Shown here piece after piece: positions 26,526 through 38,603 of a stretch of 38,603 nt of DNA; the first letter of the stretch is position 1, and every line of letters begins with the position of its first letter. Made by a program: the position numbers and the translations under genes. Under the pieces are notes generated by a model, which had not been told where the DNA came from, made no database searches, and saw nothing but the letters and a program-made list of their open reading frames with translations. The DNA comes from an uncultured bacterium (GTDB lineage Bacteria; Patescibacteriota; Minisyncoccia; Moranbacterales; UBA1568): assembly GCA_937864125.1 (NCBI GenBank), contig CALMHZ010000022.1:1-38603 (forward strand). Reading direction: 5' to 3'.

Positions 26526-26879
26526 TTAAAAAAGGAGTCCGGCTTCTCTTGCGCCGTCCGCCACCGCCTTGACCTTTCCATGATATCGATACCCCGCTCG
26601 ATCGAATACTACGGTCTTCAGTCCCAGAGCGAGACATTTTTCCCCGATATGCTTCCCGAGCTCGAATGCTCCGGAAACGGTGTTGGTTGCCGACTTCATG
26701 CCCCGAAGATCGGCGGACGCGACCGTCATCCCTTTGGTATCATCGATCGCCTGTACGGATATGTTCTTCAGGCTTCGGAAAACGACCAGGCGAGGACGGG
26801 TCTCGACGCCGGAAATCTTCGCGCGTATTCTGCGTACGCGCGCCTGCCGTTCTTCTTTTCGTGCGGTTTTCTTCAACAT
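26526..26879 (-). CDS. rplR: 50S ribosomal protein L18
   Basis: 117 aa, with RPRLVVFRSLKNISVQAIDD and VFDRAGYRYHGKVKAVADGAREAGL. Confidence 0.93.
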   Translation of the reverse strand: MLKKTARKEERQARVRRIRAKISGVETRPRLVVFRSLKNISVQAIDDTKGMTVASADLRGMKSATNTVSGAFELGKHIGEKCLALGLKTVVFDRAGYRYHGKVKAVADGAREAGLLF

Positions 26880-26896
26880 AGTCTTGAAAATATTCT

Positions 26897-27433
26897 TTAT
26901 GCGGAAGCCTTCTTGCCTTCCTTGCGTCTTACTATCTCGCCCACATAACGGAAGCCTTTCCCTTTATATGGCTCAACCGGCTTGAGGCCTCTGATTTCCG
27001 CCGCAAACTGGCCGACTTTCTGCTTATCGATACCGGAAATAGTCAGGACATTCCCCTCTACTTTCGCCTCAAGTCCCTCGACGATGTCCACTTCGACCGG
27101 ATGGGAAAATCCGAGCGCGAAATTGATTTTCTTTCCCTGTACCGCCATGCGGAAACCGACGCCATTTAGTTCCAATTGCTTCTGAAATCCGTTGGTGACG
27201 CCTTCTATCATATTGGAAAGAAGCTTGGCCGTGGTGCCCCAGATCGCCTGAGCGCGCTTCGATTCCCCGAGCTTGTTCACGGTGAATTTCCCGTCGGCAA
27301 ATTCGACTGAAACATCGGTGTGATGAGCCAAAGAGAGCGTACCCTTGGCGCCGGTAAGCGACACGACATTCGCCTGTATCGACGCTTTGACGGTCGCAGG
27401 AACGACTACTGGTTTTTTTCCGATTCTACTCAT
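26897..27433 (-). CDS. rplF: 50S ribosomal protein L6
   Basis: 178 aa, with MSRIGKKPVVVP and EPYKGKGFRY. Confidence 0.93.
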   Translation of the reverse strand: MSRIGKKPVVVPATVKASIQANVVSLTGAKGTLSLAHHTDVSVEFADGKFTVNKLGESKRAQAIWGTTAKLLSNMIEGVTNGFQKQLELNGVGFRMAVQGKKINFALGFSHPVEVDIVEGLEAKVEGNVLTISGIDKQKVGQFAAEIRGLKPVEPYKGKGFRYVGEIVRRKEGKKASA

Positions 27434-27443
27434 AGGATTTCAA

Positions 27444-27848
27444 TTACCAGACTTCACAGATATATTCCCCGCCCAACCCCTGGCGATAGGCATCCTCTCC
27501 GCTCATGACTCCTTTGGAAGTAGAGATGATCGCCGCTCCGTAGCCGTTTTTTACTTTTCGGATTTCGCCTTTCTTCGCGTACACGCGGCATCCTTCCCTG
27601 CTCACCCGACGGATCTCGCTTATGACAGGATCGCGCTTCAAGGGGGATGTTTCGGAATATTTAAGCGCGATAGTCAAAGTCTCACGGACGCCTTCGGTCT
27701 CTTTTGAGATGCCCCCGATAAATCCGCGACGCTCAAGAACTCCCGCGATGGCGAGTTTCAATTTCGAACAGGGAATCGAAACGGTCTTGTGACCGGCTCT
27801 CTGGGCATTTCGAATCCTGGTGAGCATGTCTGCGATTGGATCTAGCAT
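27444..27848 (-). CDS. rpsH: 30S ribosomal protein S8
   Basis: 134 aa, with DPIADMLTRIRNAQRAGH and GGEYICEVW. Confidence 0.93.
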   Translation of the reverse strand: MLDPIADMLTRIRNAQRAGHKTVSIPCSKLKLAIAGVLERRGFIGGISKETEGVRETLTIALKYSETSPLKRDPVISEIRRVSREGCRVYAKKGEIRKVKNGYGAAIISTSKGVMSGEDAYRQGLGGEYICEVW

Positions 27849-27881
27849 ATAAATATATTCTTACCTTCAAAAAAGATGTTC

Positions 27882-28067
27882 TTACCACGACGCCTTCCGC
27901 ACCCCCGGGATTTCACCTTTGGAGGCAAGTTCTCGGAAGCAGATACGGCAGAGATCATACCGGCGGAGATACCCATGCTTCCGTCCGCACCTCCAACATC
28001 GATTAACGATACGAGTTGAAAATTTCGGATGTTTCTCTGCTCTCGCTTGTACTGAAGTCTTCGCCAT
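27882..28067 (-). CDS. rpsZ: 30S ribosomal protein S14, type Z (zinc-binding, 61 aa)
   Basis: [23 protein letters not shown] carries the CxxC...CxxC zinc motif. Confidence 0.92.
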   Translation of the reverse strand: MAKTSVQARAEKHPKFSTRIVNRCWRCGRKHGYLRRYDLCRICFRELASKGEIPGVRKASW

Positions 28068-28097
28068 AAGAAATTCTTTCGTGGGAAATAAAATTGT

Positions 28098-28661
28098 TTA
28101 TTCTTCTGTCCGGAATGGAAACCCGAGCTTCCGAAACAATACCATGCCCTCGGTGCCGTTCAAAGCGGTAGTCGTTATGGTCACCTGGAGGCTGAACACC
28201 GTCTGCACCTTCTCCGGAATGATTTCGGGAAATATCATGTGCTCTTTCAGTCCGATATTGCAATTGCCGTTCTTGTCGACCGAAGTTGTCGATATGCCCT
28301 GAAAGTCACGGACGCGCGGCAAGGTGGCGTAGAAAAAACGATCCAAAAATTCCCACATGCGCTTTCCACGAAGCGTGACCTTTACCCCGACATCGAGCCC
28401 TTCGCGGATCTTGAATCCGGCGATAGCCTTTCGCGCCCGGGTCAGCATCGGCTTTTGTCCGGTCATCGTGGCCAAAGACTCCACGATTTCATCGACCCGT
28501 TGCTGCTCTTTCAAAAAACGCCCCAAACCGACATTCACAGTCACCTTGGCGATACGCGGCAATGCGAGTGCATTCTTCTGCCCGAGATCTTTTTTCAGAT
28601 CCGGAAGAATTTCCTGGTATTTCGTTTTCATGAGTGACTGTTTCATAGTTCGATTCGCCAA
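28098..28661 (-). CDS. rplE: 50S ribosomal protein L5
   Basis: 187 aa, with PRIAKVTVNVGLG and GNCNIGLKEHMIFPEI. The start could be one of the internal Met residues near the N-terminus. Confidence 0.9.
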   Translation of the reverse strand: MANRTMKQSLMKTKYQEILPDLKKDLGQKNALALPRIAKVTVNVGLGRFLKEQQRVDEIVESLATMTGQKPMLTRARKAIAGFKIREGLDVGVKVTLRGKRMWEFLDRFFYATLPRVRDFQGISTTSVDKNGNCNIGLKEHMIFPEIIPEKVQTVFSLQVTITTTALNGTEGMVLFRKLGFPFRTEE

Positions 28662-28672
28662 AATTTCAGATG

Positions 28673-28978
28673 CTAAATGGATTTCCCGGATTTCCGGCTC
28701 ACCCGGACCTTCTCCTTGCCCTCGATTTTATACCCGATTCGGGTAGGCTTGCCTGTATGCGGGCATACCAGCATAGCATTGGAAACATGAATTGGGAAGG
28801 GCAGCTCTATCCGCTCGCCTTTCGCGCCATCGCGACGCGCCTTCACATGTTTTTTCATGACATTCACCCCATCGACGACGATCTTCTCATCCTTGAGGAT
28901 GACACGGACAATCTTTCCGCGCTTTCCGCGGTCTTTTCCGGTGATCACTTCGATTTCGTCTCCTTTTTTGAATTTCAT
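28673..28978 (-). CDS. rplX: 50S ribosomal protein L24
   Basis: I use Met50 of the listed 150-aa ORF (ATG at 28978-28976): MKFKKGDEIEVITGKDRGKRGKIVRV..., a typical KOW-motif L24 of 101 aa. The longer form would overlap rplN. Confidence 0.9.
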   Translation of the reverse strand: MKFKKGDEIEVITGKDRGKRGKIVRVILKDEKIVVDGVNVMKKHVKARRDGAKGERIELPFPIHVSNAMLVCPHTGKPTRIGYKIEGKEKVRVSRKSGKSI

Positions 28979-28991
28979 AGGATTCTCCCGT

Positions 28992-29363
28992 TTACAAAAC
29001 TTCCGGTGCCAGTGAAACGATCTTCGCGAATCCCTTCTCGCGAAGCTCGCGGGCGATAGGACCGAAAATGCGCGTTCCTTTCGGATCGACATTGTTCGCA
29101 TCCACGATGACGGCGGCATTCTCATCGAAGCGGATATACGAATTATCCTTCCGACGATGGGCCTGGGCCTGGCGCACGATAACCGCCCGGACCTTGTCCC
29201 CCTTCTTCACCATGCCGCGGGGTTCGGCCGATTTCACGGATGCGACGATGACATCGCCCACGCGCGCATACCTCCGCCGCGTCCCGCCAAGCACCTTGAA
29301 GCACTTGATCACTTTCGCGCCGGAGTTATCCGCTACCTTTAAACTGCTTTCCGCTTGAATCAT
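28992..29363 (-). CDS. rplN: 50S ribosomal protein L14
   Basis: 123 aa, starting [17 protein letters not shown]. Confidence 0.95.
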   Translation of the reverse strand: MIQAESSLKVADNSGAKVIKCFKVLGGTRRRYARVGDVIVASVKSAEPRGMVKKGDKVRAVIVRQAQAHRRKDNSYIRFDENAAVIVDANNVDPKGTRIFGPIARELREKGFAKIVSLAPEVL

Positions 29364-29422
29364 ACTTCTCTTTTATACGAATCTTATCCTGCTTAGCCCA
29401 TCGCGCCACGCGTCTTTCAGTA

Positions 29423-29704
29423 TTATTTCTCTTGCGCGATGATCATGTGCCGTTTGCGTTTGCTCATCGGCCGGCATTCCTGGAAGAGAACCGACTCCCC
29501 GATCGTATGAGGACCGCCCTCCGCATGCACGAGATACTTTTTCGATACGAGATACTTCTTGCGGTACTTCGGATGGGTCTTCATCGTATCAACCTTGACG
29601 CTGATCGTTTTATCCATGGAGACGCTCGTAATAACGCCACGAAGCTTTGGAGCTTTCGATACCGTTTCTTCAGTTGAGCTTTTCTTGATTTCTTCCATAC
29701 TCAT
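29423..29704 (-). CDS. rpsQ: 30S ribosomal protein S17
   Basis: 93 aa, with LRGVITSVSMDKTISVKVDTMKTHPKYRK. Confidence 0.9.
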   Translation of the reverse strand: MSMEEIKKSSTEETVSKAPKLRGVITSVSMDKTISVKVDTMKTHPKYRKKYLVSKKYLVHAEGGPHTIGESVLFQECRPMSKRKRHMIIAQEK

Positions 29705-29708
29705 GTAT

Positions 29709-29903
29709 CTATGCCGTTAATGCTTCTTCTCGGGCAAGCGTCAAAATCCGGGCGATGTCCTTCTTCACAGCGCGATATTCGCGGTGATTTTTCGTCTCAC
29801 GACCCGCTATCGCGAAGCGAAGCTCGCGCGACTTGGTCCGGAGCTCAAGCAGGAGCTTCTCCCGTTCGACTTCATTTTTCTCCCGTAATTCCTTGGTCTT
29901 CAT
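29709..29903 (-). CDS. rpmC: 50S ribosomal protein L29
   Basis: 64 aa, with ELREKNEVEREKLLLELRTKSRELRF, in the canonical slot between L16 and S17. Confidence 0.9.
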   Translation of the reverse strand: MKTKELREKNEVEREKLLLELRTKSRELRFAIAGRETKNHREYRAVKKDIARILTLAREEALTA

Positions 29904-29912
29904 AGTATTCTC

Positions 29913-30335
29913 TTATTCATTTCCATGCCGGTCGACAAACTTCGTCCTGAGGGAAAGCTTGTGGGCCGCAAGCCGCATCGCTTCCATCGCCAGCTCCCGA
30001 GAGATGCCGTCGAGCTCGAAGAGCATCCTTCCGGCAGTCACCTTGGCGACATAGTGATCGACGCTTCCCTTTCCCTTTCCCATCGGTGTCTGCTCACCCT
30101 TCTTGGTCATCGGTTTGTCCGGGAAAATCCGTATCCACACCTTCCCTCCACGATTGATGTATCGCGTCATCGCTCGGCGAGCCGATTCGATCTGACGCGC
30201 GGAAATAAGACCCGTCTCGACCGCCTTGAGACCGAAGCTTCCGAAGCTTACTTTTGCTCCGGCAGTCGTCGTTCCCTTCGGCCATCCGCCGCGGTGAACC
30301 TTTCGATGTTTTACTTTTCTCGGCATGAGCAACAT
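29913..30335 (-). CDS. rplP: 50S ribosomal protein L16
   Basis: 140 aa, starting [16 protein letters not shown]. Confidence 0.95.
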   Translation of the reverse strand: MLLMPRKVKHRKVHRGGWPKGTTTAGAKVSFGSFGLKAVETGLISARQIESARRAMTRYINRGGKVWIRIFPDKPMTKKGEQTPMGKGKGSVDHYVAKVTAGRMLFELDGISRELAMEAMRLAAHKLSLRTKFVDRHGNE

Positions 30336-30368
30336 ATCGTTGTTCTGTTCTATGATTGAAAACTTCCT

Positions 30369-31043
30369 CTATTTGGCCTCCACATTCTCCGACACTTCCC
30401 GTTCCTCGAATTTTTCCCCCTTGAAAATCCATACCTTCACTCCGATCGTTCCGTAGGTGGTCCTGGCGACCGCCTGGGCGAAATCGATATCGGCCCGCAA
30501 GGTATGAAGAGGGATCTTTCCTCGGGAAATCCACTCCCTCCGGGACATCTCCGCTCCGCCAAGGCGTCCTGATATCTCTATCTTGGCTCCTTCGACATTC
30601 CGGCTCGTCATGACCTTCTCGATCGTCCCTTTCAGAATGCGTCGGAACGGCATGCGCTTTTCGATCTGTTCGGCGACCTGCTGTCCGACAAGCGCCGCAT
30701 TCTCATCGGCCGCCTTGATTTCCTGCACATCTACTTTCAACTCGATCTTTTTTCCTGGGAAAAACGCTTTCTTCATCACTCGGGTCAGATCCTCGATTCC
30801 CGTTCCCCCGCGCCCGATAAGCACTCCGGGACGGGAAGTCGCTATGATGATGCGGATCATGCTCGCCGATCGCTCGATATACACATCGGCGATCGCGGCC
30901 GCTTTCCATTTCTTCTCGATGAAAGCGCGGATCTCGACATCCTCACGCAATTTTTTCTGAAAATTCCTCTCGTCAAACCAGCGTGATTTCCATCCCGCGG
31001 TAATGCCGAGCCTGAACCCAATTGGATGAACCTTCTGTCCCAT
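30369..31043 (-). CDS. rpsC: 30S ribosomal protein S3
   Basis: 224 aa, starting MGQKVHPIGFRLGITAGWKSRWF. Confidence 0.95.
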   Translation of the reverse strand: MGQKVHPIGFRLGITAGWKSRWFDERNFQKKLREDVEIRAFIEKKWKAAAIADVYIERSASMIRIIIATSRPGVLIGRGGTGIEDLTRVMKKAFFPGKKIELKVDVQEIKAADENAALVGQQVAEQIEKRMPFRRILKGTIEKVMTSRNVEGAKIEISGRLGGAEMSRREWISRGKIPLHTLRADIDFAQAVARTTYGTIGVKVWIFKGEKFEEREVSENVEAK

Positions 31044-31054
31044 AACGACTATAT

Positions 31055-31609
31055 TTAGAATGATTTTCTTTGATAGACCCGCTTCACGACTTTTGCTCCC
31101 TTCGGCCCGCCTTGTTTGCCCTCTTGCTTTGCGATGACTCCCTTCTTCGCTTCCTTTACCTCTTCTCCTTCGAGAAGCGTCCGCGAAGCTCCCGGCTCTT
31201 CGATCTTCACTGGCATGGGAGCTACGGATGTCGGTACTCCGTCCGATCCCTTGCGTTCTTTCCGATTCAGCCCTGGGACGGTTTCTTCGAGAATCAAGGT
31301 TATTTTCGAAAGTCGTCGCATGATAGGGTTGGCTCGTCCGAACGCTCGGGGCTGCCAGCGCTTCAGCCGCTGACCCTCGCCGACGATCGAAGAAGATATA
31401 TACAAGTTGGAGGGGTCCAAGCCGAAATTATGCTCCGCATTCGCGATGGCGCTCCGAAGAAGTTTCTCCATCGGTTCGGAAGATCGCTTGACCTGGGTCG
31501 AAAGCTCGATAAGCGCATCCTTCACCTGCATACCGGAAATGACATTCGAAACCAACCGAACCTTTCGGGGAGCAATCTTGAGGTTGTTGAGTTTGGCCAC
31601 TACTTGCAT
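31055..31609 (-). CDS. rplV: 50S ribosomal protein L22 with a ~70-aa charged C-terminal extension
   Basis: 184 aa. The N-terminal ~110 aa form the L22 fold (KIAPRKVRLVSNVISGMQVKDAL...RWQPRAFGRANPIMRRLSKITLILEE). The remainder is Lys/Glu/Gly-rich. Confidence 0.9.
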   Translation of the reverse strand: MQVVAKLNNLKIAPRKVRLVSNVISGMQVKDALIELSTQVKRSSEPMEKLLRSAIANAEHNFGLDPSNLYISSSIVGEGQRLKRWQPRAFGRANPIMRRLSKITLILEETVPGLNRKERKGSDGVPTSVAPMPVKIEEPGASRTLLEGEEVKEAKKGVIAKQEGKQGGPKGAKVVKRVYQRKSF

Positions 31610-31629
31610 AACGATATTCTTTGGTTCAT

Positions 31630-31974
31630 TTACTTCTTGGCTGCTGTGGAGGAGGCTTTGGCGGCTTTGGCGGCATCGAGCTCCCTTTGCTTCGCCGCGA
31701 TCTCTATTTCCTTCTGCATCTTCCCTCCGTGCCGGACAAATTTCCTGGTCGGGGAAAATTCCCCGAGCTTGTGTCCCACCATTTCCTCCGTGACATAGAC
31801 CGGAGTGTGCTCGCGGCCGTTATGGACACCGAAGGTGAAGCCGACCATTTCCGGAGAAATAGTGGACGATCGGGCCCAAGTCTTGATGACAGACTTGTCC
31901 CCGACTTTTTTCCCTTCGAGCTTCCGAAGAACTCTCGGGTCTACATATGGTCCTTTTTTGAGGCTTCGTGACAT
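31630..31974 (-). CDS. rpsS: 30S ribosomal protein S19 with a Lys/Ala-rich C-terminal tail
   Basis: 114 aa, with [12 protein letters not shown] and [18 protein letters not shown] followed by [30 protein letters not shown]. Confidence 0.92.
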   Translation of the reverse strand: MSRSLKKGPYVDPRVLRKLEGKKVGDKSVIKTWARSSTISPEMVGFTFGVHNGREHTPVYVTEEMVGHKLGEFSPTRKFVRHGGKMQKEIEIAAKQRELDAAKAAKASSTAAKK

Positions 31975-31995
31975 AGAGTAGTATCTTCAAATTCC

Positions 31996-32823
31996 TTATT
32001 TCTTGGTTCTTCGCTTCACGATATACTTGTTGCTCGGATTCTTCCGGCTTCGCGTCTTCTTCCCGAGCGCGGGCTTGCCCCATGGAGTTTTCGGATGCAT
32101 GCCGATCGGCTGCCGTCCTTCTCCTCCTCCGTGCGGGTGATCGACGGGGTTCATAGCGGAACCGCGAACGGTCGGCCGCTTTCCCTTCCACCGGTTCCGG
32201 CCTGCTTTTCCGATCCGCTCGGCACTATGCTCGAAATTACTGATCTGTCCAATAGTGGCATAGCATTCCTTAGAAATCAAGCGGACCTCTCCGGATGCCA
32301 GTTTTACCTGCGCCATTTCGCCTTCAAGCGCCATGAGCGTCGCGCTCGATCCCGCGCTTCGGACCATCTGCGCGCCACGACCGATCTTCATCTCTATATT
32401 GCAGATGACGGTTCCCGTCGGGATGTTCTGTATTTTCAAACGATTGCCCTCGGCGATGGGCGCCTGGGGGCCGGAAATGATTTCCTGACCGACTTTCATC
32501 CCGGAGGTCGCTATGACATAACGCTTCTCTCCGTCGCGATAGGCCAAAAGGGCGATAAGCGCGGAACGGTTCGGATCCCGTTCGATCTGTTCGATCTTTG
32601 CCGGAATATCGAGCTTGTCCTGACGGAAGTCCACCAATCGATACATGCGCTTGTGTCCGCCTCCCTTGTGGCGCACGGAAATTTTCCCGTGGCTGCGTCC
32701 CGAGGTCTTCAGTATCGGGCGCAGAAGGGACTTAAGAGAAGTCGTAGCCGAAACCTGATCCGGTTTCACGATAGACATGAAACGGCGACCGGCAGTATTC
32801 TTCTTGTATATCTTAATGGCCAT
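31996..32823 (-). CDS. rplB: 50S ribosomal protein L2
   Basis: 275 aa, with [18 protein letters not shown]. Confidence 0.96.
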   Translation of the reverse strand: MAIKIYKKNTAGRRFMSIVKPDQVSATTSLKSLLRPILKTSGRSHGKISVRHKGGGHKRMYRLVDFRQDKLDIPAKIEQIERDPNRSALIALLAYRDGEKRYVIATSGMKVGQEIISGPQAPIAEGNRLKIQNIPTGTVICNIEMKIGRGAQMVRSAGSSATLMALEGEMAQVKLASGEVRLISKECYATIGQISNFEHSAERIGKAGRNRWKGKRPTVRGSAMNPVDHPHGGGEGRQPIGMHPKTPWGKPALGKKTRSRKNPSNKYIVKRRTKK

Positions 32824-32835
32824 AAGCGTTCAAAT

Positions 32836-33195
32836 CTAAGATTTTTTTCCTTCCGCAAGCGTCTCCCCCTTCGCGAGAGTGACGATCGCTTTTTTCATGC
32901 CCGAGACGAACACCTCGTGCCGACCGGATACTTTTCGTTTTCGAGGAATGTTGACTATCCGGACATTTTTGACATGGACCCCGTAGACGGTCTCGATAGC
33001 GAGACGGACCGATGCCTTGGTAGCGTCCTTCGCGACCTGGAACACATGCTGATTCAAGGCGTTAAGAAGGTAGGCCTTCTCGGTCACGCGCAAGGAAAGG
33101 AGTATCCGATTCGCGAGCGTCTGGAGCGGCAAAGAATCCTTCATGTTCGAAGTATCAGCCTGCTTCTTCTCGGTTTTTTTCTCAAACAATGCCAT
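32836..33195 (-). CDS. rplW: 50S ribosomal protein L23
   Basis: 119 aa, with VTEKAYLLNALNQHVFQVAKDATKASVRLAIETVYGVHVKNVRIVN. It has an N-terminal ~25-aa extension. Confidence 0.88.
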   Translation of the reverse strand: MALFEKKTEKKQADTSNMKDSLPLQTLANRILLSLRVTEKAYLLNALNQHVFQVAKDATKASVRLAIETVYGVHVKNVRIVNIPRKRKVSGRHEVFVSGMKKAIVTLAKGETLAEGKKS

Positions 33196-33201
33196 AGGAT
33201 T

Positions 33202-33849
33202 CTATTTGGATGATTCATGCTTTGCGGAACGCGCGATGAGGAGGTCTATCGACTCCTTCGAAAGGAGCAGGTATTCGTGATTCAAGAGATCGTAGACGCT
33301 CATGTTCTCCGAGAGGACATTCGTCGTCTTCTTGATGTTCCGGCTCATAAGCTCGGTTTCACGCTCGTTTTTTGAAAATCCTATCAGCACTTTTCCTGGT
33401 CGGGCGTTTATCTTGTCGAGCAAGGCGACGAAAGAGCTCGTCTTTTTTACCTCAAACGACAGCGCGTCGACGATGCGTAGTTTTTCCGATCGCAGTTTTT
33501 CCGACAAGGCGATACGGAGGGCTTTCTGGCGCATCTTCCTATTGGTATCCTTGGAAAAATTCCGTTCCTTGGTCGGACCGAAGGTCACGCCTCCCTTCCG
33601 CCAGAGCGGACTTCGGACGGAACCGACGCGGGCGCGCCCCGTCCCCTTCTGCTTCCATGGCTTTTTCCCGGAACCGGAGCGCTCTCCTCGGCCCTTGGTG
33701 TGGGCGATCGGACTCCGGAGATTCGCCGAGATGGCGACATAGATCTGGTGGACGAGGGTGTCGTTCGACGGAGCATCGAACAGCGCCTCGGGAAGATCGA
33801 TCGATCCCGTTTTTTCACCTTTCACGTTGTAGAGCGGAGCCTGTATCAT
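33202..33849 (-). CDS. rplD: 50S ribosomal protein L4
   Basis: 215 aa, with KGRGERSGSGKKPWKQKGTGRARVGSVRSPLWRKGGVTFGP. Confidence 0.94.
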   Translation of the reverse strand: MIQAPLYNVKGEKTGSIDLPEALFDAPSNDTLVHQIYVAISANLRSPIAHTKGRGERSGSGKKPWKQKGTGRARVGSVRSPLWRKGGVTFGPTKERNFSKDTNRKMRQKALRIALSEKLRSEKLRIVDALSFEVKKTSSFVALLDKINARPGKVLIGFSKNERETELMSRNIKKTTNVLSENMSVYDLLNHEYLLLSKESIDLLIARSAKHESSK

Positions 33850-33871
33850 AATTCTCTCTTTGAGTGCGTGA

Positions 33872-34495
33872 TTATTTGGAAGCGGCGACTTTCTTTCCCA
33901 TACCGAGAATACCGACTATCCCCCCGTTGTTTCCCGGCACCGCGCCGCGGACCGCTATCAGTCCTTTTTCCACATCGACAAGCAGTATCCGAAGATTCTC
34001 TACGGTGAAATGCTCGCCTCCCATCCGTCCGGCCATACGCCGACCCTTCACGACATGCTCCGGGAAAGTCGCACCGATCGATCCTGGCTTGCGCATATCA
34101 TGCTTCCGGCCATGGCTCGCGGGAGCTCCGGCGAATCCGTGCCGCTTCACGACTCCCTGGAATCCCTTGGCCTTGGTCACACCGAAAATATCGACTATGT
34201 CGCCCGCTTCGAACGAGTCGAGCGTCACCTTGTCTCCTGCCGACACGCCCGAGATGGCCGCAGTCGCGGAATCCTCATCCTTTCCCTTGGAAGAGAACGG
34301 CATACGGAATTCTTTCTTGACAGTCTTCCGTGCGGTTTTCTGCGCCTCAAGCTGTACGGCCGCATATCCGTCGCGATCCACCGTACGAACCAAAGACACG
34401 GTATTGTCTTTGCAGGAAATAAGGGTCACATTCTGAGAGATGAGCCCCTCGTGGAGCGTCGTCATTCCAAGTTTTTTTCCGATGAGAAACTTCAT
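33872..34495 (-). CDS. rplC: 50S ribosomal protein L3
   Basis: I use Met50 of the listed ORF (ATG at 34495-34493): MKFLIGKKLGMTTLHEG..., a typical L3 N-terminus. The upstream 49 codons look like non-coding read-through. Confidence 0.88.
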   Translation of the reverse strand: MKFLIGKKLGMTTLHEGLISQNVTLISCKDNTVSLVRTVDRDGYAAVQLEAQKTARKTVKKEFRMPFSSKGKDEDSATAAISGVSAGDKVTLDSFEAGDIVDIFGVTKAKGFQGVVKRHGFAGAPASHGRKHDMRKPGSIGATFPEHVVKGRRMAGRMGGEHFTVENLRILLVDVEKGLIAVRGAVPGNNGGIVGILGMGKKVAASK

Positions 34496-34660
34496 ATGTT
34501 CAGTATCGTGTATAACTTCTTCTATCGCCCCCTTCGAGGAAAACAAAAAGCTGGTTCCTTCCCAGCCAAAGCGCGTCCACCGCCTGGCCCGTTCAGTATC
34601 CCCGATCGAGGACTTTAACGAGTACGATTGTATTCCCTGCATCTCCGCGCTTCGCCTCCC

Positions 34661-34990
34661 TTACATCTTTATCTCCACATCCACTCCTGTCGGCAAATCG
34701 AGATTGGTGAGGAGCTCGATAGTCTTCGGGGTGGGACTCATGATGTCAATCAGTCTTTTGTGCACACGCATCTCGTATTGGTCTCTCGCATTCTTGTGGA
34801 CAAAGGTGGATCGATTGACCGTCACTTTATGTATTTCTGTCGGGAGCGGGACCGGACCCATGATGCTTGCGCCGCTTCTCTCGGCCGTCTCGACGATCTT
34901 TCTCGCGGATTGATCGATGACCTTGTGATCGTACGCCTTGATTTTCACCCGCATGCGCATCTCCGCTTCAGTTGTTACTTTTTTGGCCAT
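34661..34990 (-). CDS. rpsJ: 30S ribosomal protein S10
   Basis: I use Met31 of the listed ORF (ATG at 34990-34988): MAKKVTTEAEMRMRVKIKAYDHKVIDQSARKIVETAERSGASIMGPVPLPT... Confidence 0.9.
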   Translation of the reverse strand: MAKKVTTEAEMRMRVKIKAYDHKVIDQSARKIVETAERSGASIMGPVPLPTEIHKVTVNRSTFVHKNARDQYEMRVHKRLIDIMSPTPKTIELLTNLDLPTGVDVEIKM

Positions 34991-35048
34991 TTCTCTATTC
35001 TGGAAAATTACGCCTCTTTCCTCTTCTTCGCTTCTATTTTCGGAAGGA

Positions 35049-35071
35049 GCAAGCGGAGCGACTCCGCTTGC
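35049..35071 (-). promoter_or_regulatory. Perfect 10-bp stem-loop in the tuf-rpsJ spacer (attenuator/terminator-like or S10-operon leader element)
   Basis: GCAAGCGGAG-UCG-CUCCGCUUGC sits 17 nt after the tuf stop. It is followed by UCCUUCCGAAAAU, which is only a weak U tract. Confidence 0.4.
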
Positions 35072-35088
35072 GGTTTCCAAAAACAGGA

Positions 35089-36279
<1,191 letters not shown>

Positions 36280-36421
36280 AGAATAGTGGACTGCCTAAAG
36301 GGAGTGCCTCTCACCCCGCATCCGCAATCAAATATTTAATAAATTATTTTTTATCGACAAACATATCCCTCACTTCCCTTCTTTTTTCAAGGAGGAAAAA
36401 TGTAAGAAAACATCAGTCGTA

Positions 36422-36450
36422 ATCCTATCAACACTCATTTCTTTTGTCAA
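36422..36450 (-). promoter_or_regulatory. Candidate internal promoter in the 203-nt fusA-tuf spacer
   Basis: The minus strand reads TTGACA-aaagaaatgagtgttga-TAGGAT. The -35 matches 6/6, the spacer is 17 nt and the -10 matches 4/6. It lies about 140 nt upstream of the tuf ATG. Confidence 0.3.
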
Positions 36451-36482
36451 GAGGGATTTGGAAGACAATCTGCCGACCCGCT

Positions 36483-38594
<2,112 letters not shown>

Positions 38595-38603
38595 AAAGTG
38601 GTG

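Noticed and set aside
28979-29125. N-terminally extended L24 ORF (150 aa). Similar extended ORFs exist for L3 (to 34642) and S10 (to 35080).
   Set aside because: Canonical N-termini (MKFKKGDEIEV, MKFLIGKKLGMT, MAKKVTTEAEMRMRVKI) begin at internal Met codons. The extensions overlap upstream genes or spacers and lack protein-like composition.
32095-33213. 372-aa + ORF. Comparable long + strand ORFs lie at 34972-36339, 36444-37670, 24690-25406 and 5664-6452.
   Set aside because: All are antisense to unmistakable conserved genes (rplB/rplW, tuf, fusA, secY, SEDS) and have skewed Arg/His/Asp/Glu composition.

Overview
This window looks like a chromosomal segment from a small-genome, uncultivated-type bacterium. 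My inference is that it is Candidate Phyla Radiation/Patescibacteria-like. The grounds are no L30 gene, an insertion in the 23S gene, a 23S-5S unit with no 16S gene, and a giant surface protein. 38 of the 39 genes called are on the minus strand. TGA is used as a normal stop, so the standard bacterial code applies.

Layout:
- 22.3-38.6 kb: fusA, tuf, the S10/spc ribosomal-protein cluster, secY, adk, map and ruvX. The cluster is complete and syntenic, but no rpmD (L30) lies between S5 and L15.
- 11.3-22.3 kb: an accessory-looking surface locus. It holds a membrane-anchored FN3-like protein, a 2088-aa Gly/Thr/Ser-rich fibre-like giant protein with several internal repeat systems, a Wzy_C/O-antigen-ligase-like polytopic membrane protein fused to TPR repeats, and a divergent GDP-mannose synthesis gene.
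- 7.4-11.1 kb: a 23S-5S rRNA unit without a 16S gene. It has its own near-consensus sigma70-type promoter, a long 5'/3' processing helix, and a 268-nt ORF-less structured insertion at E. coli 23S position 1931/1932.
- 1-7.3 kb: RNase J (partial, missing from the ORF track), tRNA-Leu(CAG), phosphoglucose/phosphomannose isomerase, an orphan ABC substrate-binding protein, SecG, a SEDS protein and a hypothetical membrane protein.

I recognised no CRISPR array, transposase, integrase, reverse transcriptase or known defence gene. All calls were made by eye from motifs, gene order and remembered consensus sequences. No database search or folding program was run.
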